DNA from: a virus
Taxonomy: Duplodnaviria; Heunggongvirae; Uroviricota; Caudoviricetes
Length of the DNA stretch: 54,394 nt
Virus record (IMG/VR): IMGVR_UViG_2541047847_000004
Direction: 5' to 3' (one strand)
The translations under genes and the position numbers were made by a program. The stretch's first letter is position 1; each line of letters begins with the position of its first letter. Positions 21,348 to 31,049 of the stretch are shown one piece after another. The notes beneath the pieces were generated by a model that saw nothing but the letters and a program-made list of their open reading frames with translations, searched no databases and was not told where the DNA came from.

Positions 21348-23081
21348 TTAAAGCGAGCGGATCCCATAGGACTCAATGTGGTCAGACAGCGTGTCTTCTT
21401 TCTCGTACAGCATGGCTCTGCCAACCGCCATAATCAGCGCAACTGCACCATCGATTTTGTTTTCCGCCTGCTCTTTGACGGGCTTCACCACATCATCGTT
21501 ACCCGGAATGGTTTTGCCGACCACGTTGCCGATACACCAGGTCATGATGGGATTGCCATCATGATGAAAGCGCCCCGATTCAATTGCCGCTTCCAGCTCT
21601 TTCATCGGGTCGGACATGTTGGTGTAGTTCTGAATGATAGTGATGGGGTTCAGGTCTTCATCAGCAAGGTCATGTGACAATCCGGTCGCCCCGAAGGGGT
21701 CGATGGGTGACTCACTGACCGGGCTGATTTTGTTCGCCGCTTTGGCCTCCTCGAGGATGTAGCGATAATCCACCTCCGCACCATCGGTAACGGTCAGAAC
21801 GCCCATTTCCACCCATTTCTGAAAGCGTTCGGCTGTCCGTCGATCTTCATTTTTCTCGACGCTGTACACCGTGTCATACGGTACCCAGAAACGCGGGGCC
21901 ACACTGTAGTAATGCGTTTTACCGTCAATCTCGCGGGTATAAAGTCGCGCCATGCTGTTCATATCCAGCTTACGCGCCAGGTCAAAGGCCAGAATGCACG
22001 GCTGCCCCTCGAACTGCTCAAGGGTCAGTGATTTATCCTCGCAGCTCTGCCAGCTCACCAGGTTGAAATACGCCGAACGCGCCGACACCCAGATATTGAG
22101 GTGTTTTGTTTTAAAGACGTTTGCCAGACGGGCGTTATTTTTCGCACGCTGCTGCTGACTTAACAAAAATTCGCGATAAACCGACACGCCAATATTTGGA
22201 TTGGCTTTTTCCAGCACCTGCGGGTCGGTCCAGTCGTCACCTTCATCAACGGTATAGATGATCCCGAACAGTTCATCGTTGGGTACCGACCCGTTGAGCA
22301 TCTCGATAACTTCCCGCCGCTTGTCGTAGCACGGCCCCTCAATGTTGTACCCGGCAGTAGTAATGGCCCACATCAGTGGCTGACGTCGCGCCCCCATCCC
22401 GGTAAGCATCGTGGTGTAAAGCGCATCGGTGGCGTGCTCGTGATATTCATCCACCACCGCACAGTGGGGTGATGATCCATCACCGGGGTTACCGATCAGC
22501 GGTTCAAACCGCGCGCCATCCTCCGGACGGTTCATGTTTGAGGCGTTAACCTCAATCCCGAACGCTTCCGTCAGCATGGGTGTGCGTTTACACATCAGTC
22601 GCGCCGGGCGAAAGACTTCCCACGCCTGTTTCTCTGTCGTGGCACCGGAATACACTTCCGCGCCAAACTCGTTATCACAGGCAAAACAATACAGGGCGAC
22701 ACCGGCAGAGATTGCCGATTTGCCGTTCTTACGGGGGATTTCGGTATACACCTCCCGGAAGCGGCGCAGCCGGGTACCTTTATTGACCCAGCCAAACGCA
22801 CAGCAGATCACAAAGAGCTGCCACGGCTCCAGCGTGATGGGCATCCGTTTGAATGCCCACTCACCCTTGGTATGCGGCAACAGCTGAATAAATTTGGCGG
22901 CCCGTTCAGCCAGGTCCTTGTCGAAGCGGTAACGAAACGACTTACTTTTTTCCGCCATCAGGTCATCAAGATGGCGCTGGCAGGCCTGAATCACAAACTG
23001 GCAGGCCACAATCTTTCCGCGCACGACATCACGGGCATACTGATTGGCTGCATTTACGTTGGGGTAAGATTTCCGGCTCAT
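21348..23081 (-). CDS. Terminase large subunit
   Basis: 577 aa; ATPase-type N-terminal region ([11 protein letters not shown]-loop-like, VVDEYHEH) and nuclease C-terminus. Confidence 0.9.
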
Positions 23082-23094
23082 GATTCGATGATTT

Positions 23095-23589
23095 TCAGAT
23101 TGTCAGAAACGGGTTAGTGGCTTTCTTCTTCCCCGCCAGGCCAATCAGACGCTGGCGGCTGCTGGGGTCGAGTCCGAGCATTGCCCCCGTGCTGCTCATC
23201 TCGGACTCCTGTTCTTTTTTGGCGGTCAGCTCCGGATTTTTGACCATGCCGCCCATTGCACCGGTGATGGTGTTGCCCTGTCTGGCAATATTTTTCACGG
23301 CACGTCGCCAGAATTCATAGGCCACACACCACCGCTCAAGTACCGCCAGGTCAGTCACGCACAGCAGGCCCTGACCGCAGAGTTCTTTGGTTGTCAGTTG
23401 CCACATGATCGTGGCGAGAGGGAGATCTTCTTCAGCGAACCACTCCGGTGGCTCAACACCTTTGATGGGCGTAAAAACAGGTTCATCTTTATTCAGGGCT
23501 CGCTTGCCGGGGTTTCCGGCCAGCGCCTTGCGCGCCGTTGGCTTGGGGCGACGCCCGGAACGCCCCGCCGTTCCAGCCATATGCGGCAC
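23095..23589 (-). CDS. Terminase small subunit (P27-like)
   Basis: 164 aa, basic N-terminus, immediately upstream of the large subunit gene. Confidence 0.7.
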   Translation of the reverse strand: MPHMAGTAGRSGRRPKPTARKALAGNPGKRALNKDEPVFTPIKGVEPPEWFAEEDLPLATIMWQLTTKELCGQGLLCVTDLAVLERWCVAYEFWRRAVKNIARQGNTITGAMGGMVKNPELTAKKEQESEMSSTGAMLGLDPSSRQRLIGLAGKKKATNPFLTI

Positions 23590-23705
23590 TCCTGGTTAAA
23601 TTTCATTTTTCGCGGGTATAAAAAAACGATGGGGCGGGCAGTCCGGAAGACGTCAGGTCACAGAGATTTGACCCGCCCCTCCCCTCAGACAGTCGAGAAT
23701 TATTA

Positions 23706-24056
23706 TCACTTAAGTCGTTCACGGGCCGTCTTCGCCTTATGACACGGCCAGCACAGACTCTGCAGATTACAGTCGGCATCAGTGCCGCCATGCGCTTTAG
23801 GGATGATGTGGTCAACGGTTTTCGCCTCACGCACCACACCAGCACGCAGACATAACTGACACAGGCCTTTGTCACGCTTCAGGACACCCGCGCGGATACT
23901 GTCCCACTTCGAACCATAACCGCGCTGATGACGGGATTGTCCTGGCTTGTATTGCTTCCAGCCCTCGCTTTTGTGGCTTTCGCAATAGCCTGACGGATCA
24001 GTAGTGGTATTGCGGCAACCGCGAAAACGGCAGGCTTTTGGGGTTCGTGGTGGCAT
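23706..24056 (-). CDS. HNH endonuclease
   Basis: 116 aa with Cys pairs and VDHIIPKAHGG...N...CHKAK HNH motif; adjacent to terminase. Confidence 0.8.
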   Translation of the reverse strand: MPPRTPKACRFRGCRNTTTDPSGYCESHKSEGWKQYKPGQSRHQRGYGSKWDSIRAGVLKRDKGLCQLCLRAGVVREAKTVDHIIPKAHGGTDADCNLQSLCWPCHKAKTARERLK

Positions 24057-24222
24057 TTATATCCCCTCTTTGGTGCACGCTTACAATGCGTAAAAAAGCC
24101 TCGCATTAGCGAGGCTCGTTTATATCTTGAAGGTGAATACTTATTGTCTTATCTATCCACGGGAAACATTAAGATTATTACACCCGTTAGTTGGGAAATA
24201 AAACAAAATGCAGGTGGTTTAT

Positions 24223-24447
24223 TTATTCTTTGCTGATTGCTTTCTGAATGGCATCGGCTAATGGTTCAATTAAGCCAATAGCTGCTTTTAATTCCTGTTC
24301 AAATTTTGCACTTGTAGCCTGACCACCTGCAGAAGAAAGTGAGGCCTTAACTAATTCAAGGGCAGCTTGAACAGCTATAACCCTCTGTTTTTGAGCTTGA
24401 GTTACAGGCTGAGCACCTATTCCTGAAGGGAAATAATTCTCTAACAT
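24223..24447 (-). CDS. Hypothetical small protein
   Basis: 74 aa, Ala-rich, between lysis cassette and HNH gene. Confidence 0.3.
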   Translation of the reverse strand: MLENYFPSGIGAQPVTQAQKQRVIAVQAALELVKASLSSAGGQATSAKFEQELKAAIGLIEPLADAIQKAISKE

Positions 24448-24714
24448 TACAACCTCCGTATTAAAAAGTGAGGTTACACATTACCCTTAAGATTACTCTT
24501 AGTGAAGAGGTATCTCATAATTATCACCCTTACCAATAACGCTTGATGAAATTTGTAATGGACTGGCTCTTATTTCAACGCAACCACTTACCGCGCGCCA
24601 GATGCTTAACCTCAAACATTAGCAATGAGATGTTTAATCTGAATCCACTCCAGAAGTAATCACCACTCTGTCTACAGGGCCTGATGTGAAGGATGATGAG
24701 TAAAATTATCGCTA

Positions 24715-25176
24715 TCATCGAAGGCATTGCGTCCTGATGTACTCCTGCAGGTAGTTAACCTGTGCGGTTATCCTGTCGATTCCACTTCGGAGACGGTAAT
24801 AATTGAGTTCAGCATCTGCTGTAAGTCCTGGGCTTTCTCCATCGCCCATGCCGCTGGCTCTGGTCGTTGATTTTGCACAGGTGGCGGCGACTTGCAGGCG
24901 CTTACGCCCAGAAGAAACATCAGCACGGAGACTTTCGATAGTCGCGTTAGCATCAGCAAGCTCCTTTGTGTATCTGGCGTCAAGTTCTGCTACGTCACGT
25001 TGACGCTTCTGCATATCAGAGATAGTCGCCATAGCCGAATCTAATGCCATAGCATTCTCATCACGCTGCTTTTTGTATTCGATGGCTTTGCTGTGGTAAT
25101 AATTTGCTGAACAGATAAAAGAACCAATGACAGTAACGAAGAATGCAGCGATAACCAGCTTATAGCTCAACTTCAT
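24715..25176 (-). CDS. Rz-like i-spanin
   Basis: 153 aa, N-terminal TM anchor then coiled-coil, follows endolysin. Confidence 0.75.
   Translation of the reverse strand: MKLSYKLVIAAFFVTVIGSFICSANYYHSKAIEYKKQRDENAMALDSAMATISDMQKRQRDVAELDARYTKELADANATIESLRADVSSGRKRLQVAATCAKSTTRASGMGDGESPGLTADAELNYYRLRSGIDRITAQVNYLQEYIRTQCLR
24768..24953 (-). CDS. Rz1-like o-spanin lipoprotein, embedded in Rz in the +1 frame
   Basis: Signal peptide with lipobox LGVSAC then Pro-rich mature part (SPPPVQNQRPEP); start chosen at internal Met. Confidence 0.6.
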   Translation of the reverse strand: MLTRLSKVSVLMFLLGVSACKSPPPVQNQRPEPAAWAMEKAQDLQQMLNSIITVSEVESTG

Positions 25177-25636
25177 TTACCACCCCGCCAGCCTCTTTGA
25201 ATCGGGCAATCAGGTCACCGATTTTATGTTCATACTGACCGTAACCAGCGCCCGGCAGTGAAGCCCAGATATTGCTGCAACGATCGATAGCCTGACGAAT
25301 ATCGCCGCGATCAATCATCGGTAAAGCGCCACGCTCTTTAATCTGCTGCAATGCCACAGCATCCTGGCTTTTTGGAGAGAAGTCTTTCAGCCCAAGCTGC
25401 TTGCGGTAAGCATCCCACCAGCGTGAAAGAAGTTGATAACGGCCTGCAGCTGTTGATTTGAGTTTGGGGTTTAGCGTGACAAGTTTGCGAGGGTGATCGG
25501 AGTAATCAGTGAATAGTTCACCACCGACAATAATATCATAACCGTGGTTACGTGTCGGTTGTCGCCCGTTATCCGTTCCTTCTGACCATGCCACCATATC
25601 GAGGAAAGCTTTACGCTGAGGATTAAGATTTTGCAT
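25160..25636 (-). CDS. Endolysin (lambda R-like lysozyme/transglycosylase)
   Basis: 158 aa, near-identical in pattern to lambda R (NQRKAFLDM.AWSEGTDNGRQ.TRNHGYD). Confidence 0.9.
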   Translation of the reverse strand: MQNLNPQRKAFLDMVAWSEGTDNGRQPTRNHGYDIIVGGELFTDYSDHPRKLVTLNPKLKSTAAGRYQLLSRWWDAYRKQLGLKDFSPKSQDAVALQQIKERGALPMIDRGDIRQAIDRCSNIWASLPGAGYGQYEHKIGDLIARFKEAGGVVNEVEL

Positions 25637-26027
25637 TTTTCACCCCTGTCAGTCGTTCCCAGAAGTACGTCAGTGCAACCGAACCCATCGCACCACTAAT
25701 CCCCGCTGTCGCGAGAATCATGTAAATACTGAATCCACTTTCGATGCTGATCAGGCCACCAATAACACCGGTGAATCCTGATACCACTATCTGAGCCAGA
25801 GCATTTATCCAACTCCACGTTGCTTTACTCTGCTTCACATCTATCAGGTAGCGGACCAGACCGCCCCAACCTGCGATGATCAGCAAAACGAGCCAGAACG
25901 CTCCAGCAAGATTCTCTTTTTCGTGCATATGAATAGCCGCAGTTTCGCCTCCGACAGAAAATCGGAGCGTGAAATGATATGTTGATTTATTATTAATTCG
26001 AAAATTACATTCTAATTCATCAGGCAT
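25623..26027 (-). CDS. Holin
   Basis: Three hydrophobic helices; probable true start at internal ATG 25928 (MHEKEN...). Confidence 0.65.
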   Translation of the reverse strand: MPDELECNFRINNKSTYHFTLRFSVGGETAAIHMHEKENLAGAFWLVLLIIAGWGGLVRYLIDVKQSKATWSWINALAQIVVSGFTGVIGGLISIESGFSIYMILATAGISGAMGSVALTYFWERLTGVKNAKS

Positions 26028-26045
26028 TGATGATTTTATAATAAT

Positions 26046-26068
26046 AAAGGCCGTTCGTTACGGCCTTT
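26046..26068. terminator. Hairpin terminator between acidic ORF and holin (tR'-like)
   Basis: aaaggccg-ttcgtta-cggccttt followed by A/T-rich runs on both strands. Confidence 0.45.
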
Positions 26069-26079
26069 ATTATTGATAT

Positions 26080-26415
26080 TTATTTTACATCCCAAGGTAG
26101 TTCCTCAAGAGAGAAGACTAATTCATTATCAATAATTTCGTATTCTGCATAACCTTCAACCTCTCCTGAGAAGTTATTGTCAACGCATCCTTCATAATAG
26201 CTATATGGTGCTATAAAGTGAAACCCATATTCATCTATCTCTGTGATTTCAAAATTGTAGTAATCGTAAGAATATCGAATATCATCATCAGAAATAGAAC
26301 TAAGTACATAGTTATTAAATTTATCGGAATGCTTAACGATAAGCTCTGACAACGCGTCAAGATTCTCTGGAGAGATATTTCCTAACGGTAATCTGTACTC
26401 AACGGCATTAATCAT
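26080..26415 (-). CDS. Strongly acidic, Tyr-rich hypothetical protein (moron at the Q-holin junction)
   Basis: 111 aa with ~24 Asp/Glu vs ~5 Lys/Arg; local AT-rich composition; own hairpin downstream. Confidence 0.5.
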   Translation of the reverse strand: MINAVEYRLPLGNISPENLDALSELIVKHSDKFNNYVLSSISDDDIRYSYDYYNFEITEIDEYGFHFIAPYSYYEGCVDNNFSGEVEGYAEYEIIDNELVFSLEELPWDVK

Positions 26416-26600
26416 ACAACCTCCTTTTTAACTGATATGGGGTTATATAATGTGTTTCAGTACAAGTAAATAAAAACCCGCTCAACAGCGGGTTCGTGAA
26501 AATTATCAACGGCAGACATACAAAGCCCATCGTTGAGAAAATCTTATCCATATTTTTTGAAAAATGCAAGCTTCATGTCGCCATCTTCGGCGAAAATCAC

Positions 26601-27359
26601 TTATCTCGTCACCTTTCTCAATTGTGTTTCAGCATATGCTTCTTCCTGCCAGCACTTTGTTACCAGTTTATCAATGACGTCTGCATATCCTTTGTACCAC
26701 TGATAATCAGTCAGGTCTGGAACCAGCTTCTGGACATGACGTCGTGCCAGTGTAGTTGGTAAACGGCTAAACCGGTTTCCATTGCAACGCCCACAAATCT
26801 TATAAACAGGCGTGCCATGAAGCCGGGTCCTTTTTTCATCCAGGACAATACCTTTACCCTTACACCCTCTGCACGCTGTGCTGACTTCTCCCTTACCATG
26901 ACAATGCTGGCATAGTTCCTTCACCCACTCTTCCTTGATAACAGATTCCCCGCTTCTGGAGTGTTTCACCACCTCGCGCAATACATTATGAAATCCAGTA
27001 CCAGCACAATGCTCACAGCGAGCCTTACTTGCCGCAGACCTGGAATAATCAGCAAAGGCAAAATTCACAAGGTAAGGAATGATCTGTAGCCGGGTTTCTT
27101 CACTCAATTTATTCAATGTCGGGTTATCCAGTGCCATCGCGTAATTGAGCAGACCTTCAATCGCAAACTGAGGATCCTGAACACCAACTTTTGCCAGGAA
27201 TAAGGCAAACCCAAGCGGTGCTTTCGACTGCACCATCCCCTGCGCAGCCATCACATCCGTAATCGTTAAACCACCAGAGCCTGTCGCCGGTGCGTCATCG
27301 CTCAGTTTTGGAGATTTCGGGGAGTAATATTTCGGTAAGGCTTCAAGGTTCATGCTCAT
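26601..27359 (-). CDS. Q: Late-gene antiterminator Q
   Basis: 252 aa with Cys-x2-Cys zinc-binding pairs, located just upstream of the lysis cassette. Confidence 0.75.
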   Translation of the reverse strand: MSMNLEALPKYYSPKSPKLSDDAPATGSGGLTITDVMAAQGMVQSKAPLGFALFLAKVGVQDPQFAIEGLLNYAMALDNPTLNKLSEETRLQIIPYLVNFAFADYSRSAASKARCEHCAGTGFHNVLREVVKHSRSGESVIKEEWVKELCQHCHGKGEVSTACRGCKGKGIVLDEKRTRLHGTPVYKICGRCNGNRFSRLPTTLARRHVQKLVPDLTDYQWYKGYADVIDKLVTKCWQEEAYAETQLRKVTR

Positions 27360-27366
27360 TCTCCAC

Positions 27367-28362
27367 TTACGCCAGTACGCCTATTGCCAGCGCACGATCG
27401 ATAAAACGAAATATCAGCTCCAGCTGGGAACCATACTTCTCTTCAAATGCCACGGTATCCGCATGCAGCTCGTCGTGATGCTTTCTGCACAAAGGCAACA
27501 CAAAGAGGTCATGCGCTTTTGTACCCATTCCCCCCTGACCGTGGCCTATCAGGTGGTGGGGATCATCAGCAGCCTTTCCACAACATGCACACGGCTGTGT
27601 CTTAACCCAGCGTGTGTACTTTTCATTAACCCAGCGGCGACGTTTTGGGCGTAACATAAAAGACTCCGGCGACTCCGGATCCACTTTCAGCGCCAGCACC
27701 TTTTTCGCCTTATCCTGGATGATGCTGGTGGCAGGAACCGAAGGCACAAGGTCACTTTCCCGGGTGACAGACGGCACAACAGGCTTCGGTAATCTCAGTG
27801 CCTTACGGGCTGCACTTTCCGGTAAGGCATCCGCCAGGTCATTACGAATCAGCCACCAGCACAGTTCCGGCATTGTCACAACGTGACTATCATCAAAACC
27901 GAGATCCCGACGCACAACAGACAACACCCAGCGGGCACAGTTATCCGTTGCCATTGATTCCAGCCGTTCCGTGAACTGATCGCGCAGCTGGTTATCGCAG
28001 TGCCAGCACAGACGGATTGCGCCCGGCGCGTGTCGCATTGTTGTCATGTTCTCGCTGTGCCAGTCGGAATGAGGCCACTGGCAGCCTTTTTCACGAAGTA
28101 ACCAGCTTTCAAGACATTCCACGCCACCAGCACGACGGATCACTGCCTCATTGCGGAACACGGCCCGAACGTCAGGATCATCCGCCAGCGGTTGTGATGC
28201 CGCCGGAACAGCACCACTGGCGAAAGATGAATAACGTTCCGGCTCAGGCTCCAGCAGGACACGCCCCTGCATAAACAGGGGCATCAGCTCTGAACCTGGT
28301 CTGAACAATACGATCCCCATACGCGGGGCAATTTCAGGGGTCAGTAGTGCTCTCACGGTCAC
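27367..28362 (-). CDS. DUF968-type phage protein
   Basis: 331 aa; C-terminal Cys/His cluster CACCGK...HHLIGHG...CRKHHDELH. Confidence 0.55.
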   Translation of the reverse strand: MTVRALLTPEIAPRMGIVLFRPGSELMPLFMQGRVLLEPEPERYSSFASGAVPAASQPLADDPDVRAVFRNEAVIRRAGGVECLESWLLREKGCQWPHSDWHSENMTTMRHAPGAIRLCWHCDNQLRDQFTERLESMATDNCARWVLSVVRRDLGFDDSHVVTMPELCWWLIRNDLADALPESAARKALRLPKPVVPSVTRESDLVPSVPATSIIQDKAKKVLALKVDPESPESFMLRPKRRRWVNEKYTRWVKTQPCACCGKAADDPHHLIGHGQGGMGTKAHDLFVLPLCRKHHDELHADTVAFEEKYGSQLELIFRFIDRALAIGVLA

Positions 28363-28363
28363 C

Positions 28364-29173
28364 TCAATGAACGGTATCGAGCAGCTTTAACAGCTCAGGG
28401 AATCGGGATTCGAAGAAATGCGGCTGCGTCTCACGCGGATTTGCGGGACTGGTGATGTTCTTGCCGAACATGCAGCCTTTCGCCGTCAGCGACCAGAATT
28501 TTTTGATGTTGTTAATCGCGGTACGGCTGTATCGTTCGCGCTGCTCGACGATCCCCAGTTTCACCATCTGGTGATATGCCTGATTAGCCGTCAGGCGGAT
28601 ACCATACTGCTTCAGCAGTGCACTCAGTGACAGCGTGGGGCGGCTTGAGCCATCAGGCGCGTCAGCAGGAGCATCAATGGCATAGCGCGGTGCCAGATTC
28701 GGTAAGCCAACAGCCTCCTGGAGTTTCTGACAGGCACCAAGCACTGAAGAGTTAGACAGGTTTAACTCCCGGCGCATAAAGTCCAGCAGGATCACGCCAG
28801 CCTGCATCTTGTCAGCAGCCTGCCCGGATAATTTTTCCGGTGCGCTGGTTACCATATCGAAAGTACGGATCACCTTCAGATGGAATGACGGGCTGATCCA
28901 CATTGCATAGGCATACACCAGTTCTTTGCAGACATACGTCCCCTGGTTATTTCCGCCATTAATGACGCTAACTGGTTGATTTTGTTCCAGAGGCGGAATT
29001 CCACCCTCGGTGAAAAGTTGTTCAATCAATTCACAGGTTTGCTTATTGGAGAGCCAGTATTTCGGGCGGTTTTTTTGTTCTCCCCCGGCTGCCCTGTGCA
29101 GATCGTTCAGGCTGTAACGCCCATAAGCATCACGACGAACTTCAATACCATCAATAACCATCAGATTATTCAT
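28364..29173 (-). CDS. KilA-N domain protein
   Basis: N-terminal ...IDGIEVRRDAYGRYSLNDLHRAAGG...KYWL resembles KilA-N DNA-binding domain. Confidence 0.5.
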   Translation of the reverse strand: MNNLMVIDGIEVRRDAYGRYSLNDLHRAAGGEQKNRPKYWLSNKQTCELIEQLFTEGGIPPLEQNQPVSVINGGNNQGTYVCKELVYAYAMWISPSFHLKVIRTFDMVTSAPEKLSGQAADKMQAGVILLDFMRRELNLSNSSVLGACQKLQEAVGLPNLAPRYAIDAPADAPDGSSRPTLSLSALLKQYGIRLTANQAYHQMVKLGIVEQRERYSRTAINNIKKFWSLTAKGCMFGKNITSPANPRETQPHFFESRFPELLKLLDTVH

Positions 29174-29192
29174 ACTTCGTTTCTCCTCTTAA

Positions 29193-29582
29193 TCAGGCGG
29201 CTGCACCCGCCGGTTTCTCATACTTACTGATAGTGATCTCGACCTTCCCTTTCGGGATAACCGGTCCCCACTCCACCAGCATTCTTTTCACCTGTCTGTC
29301 GTCTTCCCACACACCCGCGTGGGTCAGGGCGTCAAACAGCGCCTTGTTATAGTTGTCCAGATCGCGGATCCGGTTATCCGGAGGAAACAACACGATCTCC
29401 ACTGAAGCAGGTGCCGACGTTGGTTTTGGCAGACGACGTAACTGCTCAACTATTGCTGCGCACGCCGCGCTCTGAAATTTTCGCCCCGCCGCGCTTATCA
29501 GGCTCTTACCAGCAAATGCCCCTTTGTTGGGGTGTCGCCAGTAGGTGTTCACGCTGGGCGGGAAAGGCAGGATCAGCTTCAT
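29193..29582 (-). CDS. rusA: Holliday junction resolvase RusA
   Basis: 129 aa, PFPPSVNTYWR N-terminus and conserved acidic residues typical of RusA. Confidence 0.75.
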   Translation of the reverse strand: MKLILPFPPSVNTYWRHPNKGAFAGKSLISAAGRKFQSAACAAIVEQLRRLPKPTSAPASVEIVLFPPDNRIRDLDNYNKALFDALTHAGVWEDDRQVKRMLVEWGPVIPKGKVEITISKYEKPAGAAA

Positions 29583-29905
29583 ACTTTCAGGCCCCTCTCA
29601 TGTAACCAGTGGGCTGCACGCAGCCTGGCGTTTTCCTCACCGACAAGCAGTGAGCGGATAATCCCGACCGCCTCGCTGTCGTCGTCCTTCACCGCGGTAT
29701 GAAGCGTGATCCCCCGGGCCACACCACGCTTTATCGTGATGACGCCTTTTTTCTCCAGTGCGCGAAGATGCTCCACCGCTGCATTCACCGAACGGTATCC
29801 CAGCATGGTTGCCACCTCCTGATTGGTTGGCGGGAAGCCACGCTCTTTCTGATAAGAAATCAGCATATCCAGCACCTGCTGCTGGCATTGAGTTAACGTC
29901 GTCAT
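29579..29905 (-). CDS. LexA DNA-binding-domain-only protein (no S24 peptidase domain)
   Basis: 108 aa; LTQCQQQVLDMLISYQKERGFPPTNQEVATMLGYRSVNAAVEHLRALEKKGVI closely parallels the LexA N-terminal winged helix. Confidence 0.6.
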   Translation of the reverse strand: MTTLTQCQQQVLDMLISYQKERGFPPTNQEVATMLGYRSVNAAVEHLRALEKKGVITIKRGVARGITLHTAVKDDDSEAVGIIRSLLVGEENARLRAAHWLHERGLKV

Positions 29906-30555
29906 GCCGCCATCTCCCTGACCAGCTTTTCCGCCTGCAGGCGAACCTGCGCCAGAAACGCCTCACCACATGCCTCAAGTTCATCGCGCCCGATGTAGCT
30001 GATTGCCGGTCCCTTCCAGGTCTTGTCGAAAACAGCAATAGCACCAGCGAAGAAAGCGCCTGTCGGCACCTGCTTCTCATCCTTCGGGATAAACCAGGCA
30101 GGCAGTTCAAAACCAATACGCCCGCGAATAAAAGCAATATGATCTGCATCTTCCGGCCACCACACTTCGCTGGTGGCAGCTTTGATCAGGAAAACATAGC
30201 GCCCGCCCTTATCACGCATGGCACTGGCATGCTTCATGATGTAACGCATGCCGGTGATGTATTGCCCCTCATGCTGACTGGCGCGGCTGTATGGGGGATT
30301 TCCAAAGGCAGCACCTTTAAGCTCCGCAAGGCGTTCTGACCAGTCATGCGCCAGCGCGTTGTCTTCCGCCGTGTAATACGCAGCACATTTGGCGTTATCA
30401 CCGTCAGTGAACAGATCCAGAACAAACGGACCAAACAGGGTGTTAATTCCCCAGAAAATGTTGTCCGGCGTGCGCCACTGATCGCCCACTTCCTTCAGTT
30501 CATGGGCTGGTTTGTTCCGCAGTTCCACCAGCTCCTGGCAATATTTATTACTCAT
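29902..30555 (-). CDS. Phage orphan DNA N6-adenine methyltransferase (Dam-like)
   Basis: GNPPYS (DPPY-type) catalytic motif; start set to ATG at 30555 overlapping the upstream stop (TAATG). Confidence 0.7.
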   Translation of the reverse strand: MSNKYCQELVELRNKPAHELKEVGDQWRTPDNIFWGINTLFGPFVLDLFTDGDNAKCAAYYTAEDNALAHDWSERLAELKGAAFGNPPYSRASQHEGQYITGMRYIMKHASAMRDKGGRYVFLIKAATSEVWWPEDADHIAFIRGRIGFELPAWFIPKDEKQVPTGAFFAGAIAVFDKTWKGPAISYIGRDELEACGEAFLAQVRLQAEKLVREMAA

Positions 30556-31049
30556 TAAGCCCCCACGTAATTCCCTGACAGATACCACTCTTCACCTGAT
30601 GCAGCCCGCTTACTGCTTTTCCGTAAACACCGTTCACGACGCGCCAGAAAATTGTTTCGTTCTGGCTGGGAGTAGCTTTCACGGAATGCCGCCATCCACA
30701 CCGTTGCAGCACGACGGTATAAGCCCCTGGACTCCAGTTCTTCCGCCTGGCGGGTCAGGCACAAAATCACCCGGGGATCGTTAGTGCCGACATAGAAATT
30801 GCGCACAGGTCTGGTTTCACGAACTGGTTGTGGTTCCGGCTCCTGCGCTCTCTCAGTCAGGCGTGGGAAATGTCTGCGTGTATCTCCTTCACAACGGTGA
30901 GCCACACGCCCACTCTGACGTAACTTGCTTGCTGACTGCAGAACGCGCTGCCGTGAGTAACCTGCAAAAGCATCCGCAATGTCTCCGGAAGTACAGCCCG
31001 GATGGGCTTCAATGAATTTCTGAACGTCATTCAAAAGACTCATGATCAC
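30555..31049 (-). CDS. PerC-family (Pch-like) transcriptional regulator
   Basis: C-terminal ...AEELESRGLYRRAATVWMAAF resembles the PerC signature (LE..GLWRRAA..W); assignment from memory. Confidence 0.45.
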   Translation of the reverse strand: MIMSLLNDVQKFIEAHPGCTSGDIADAFAGYSRQRVLQSASKLRQSGRVAHRCEGDTRRHFPRLTERAQEPEPQPVRETRPVRNFYVGTNDPRVILCLTRQAEELESRGLYRRAATVWMAAFRESYSQPERNNFLARRERCLRKSSKRAASGEEWYLSGNYVGA

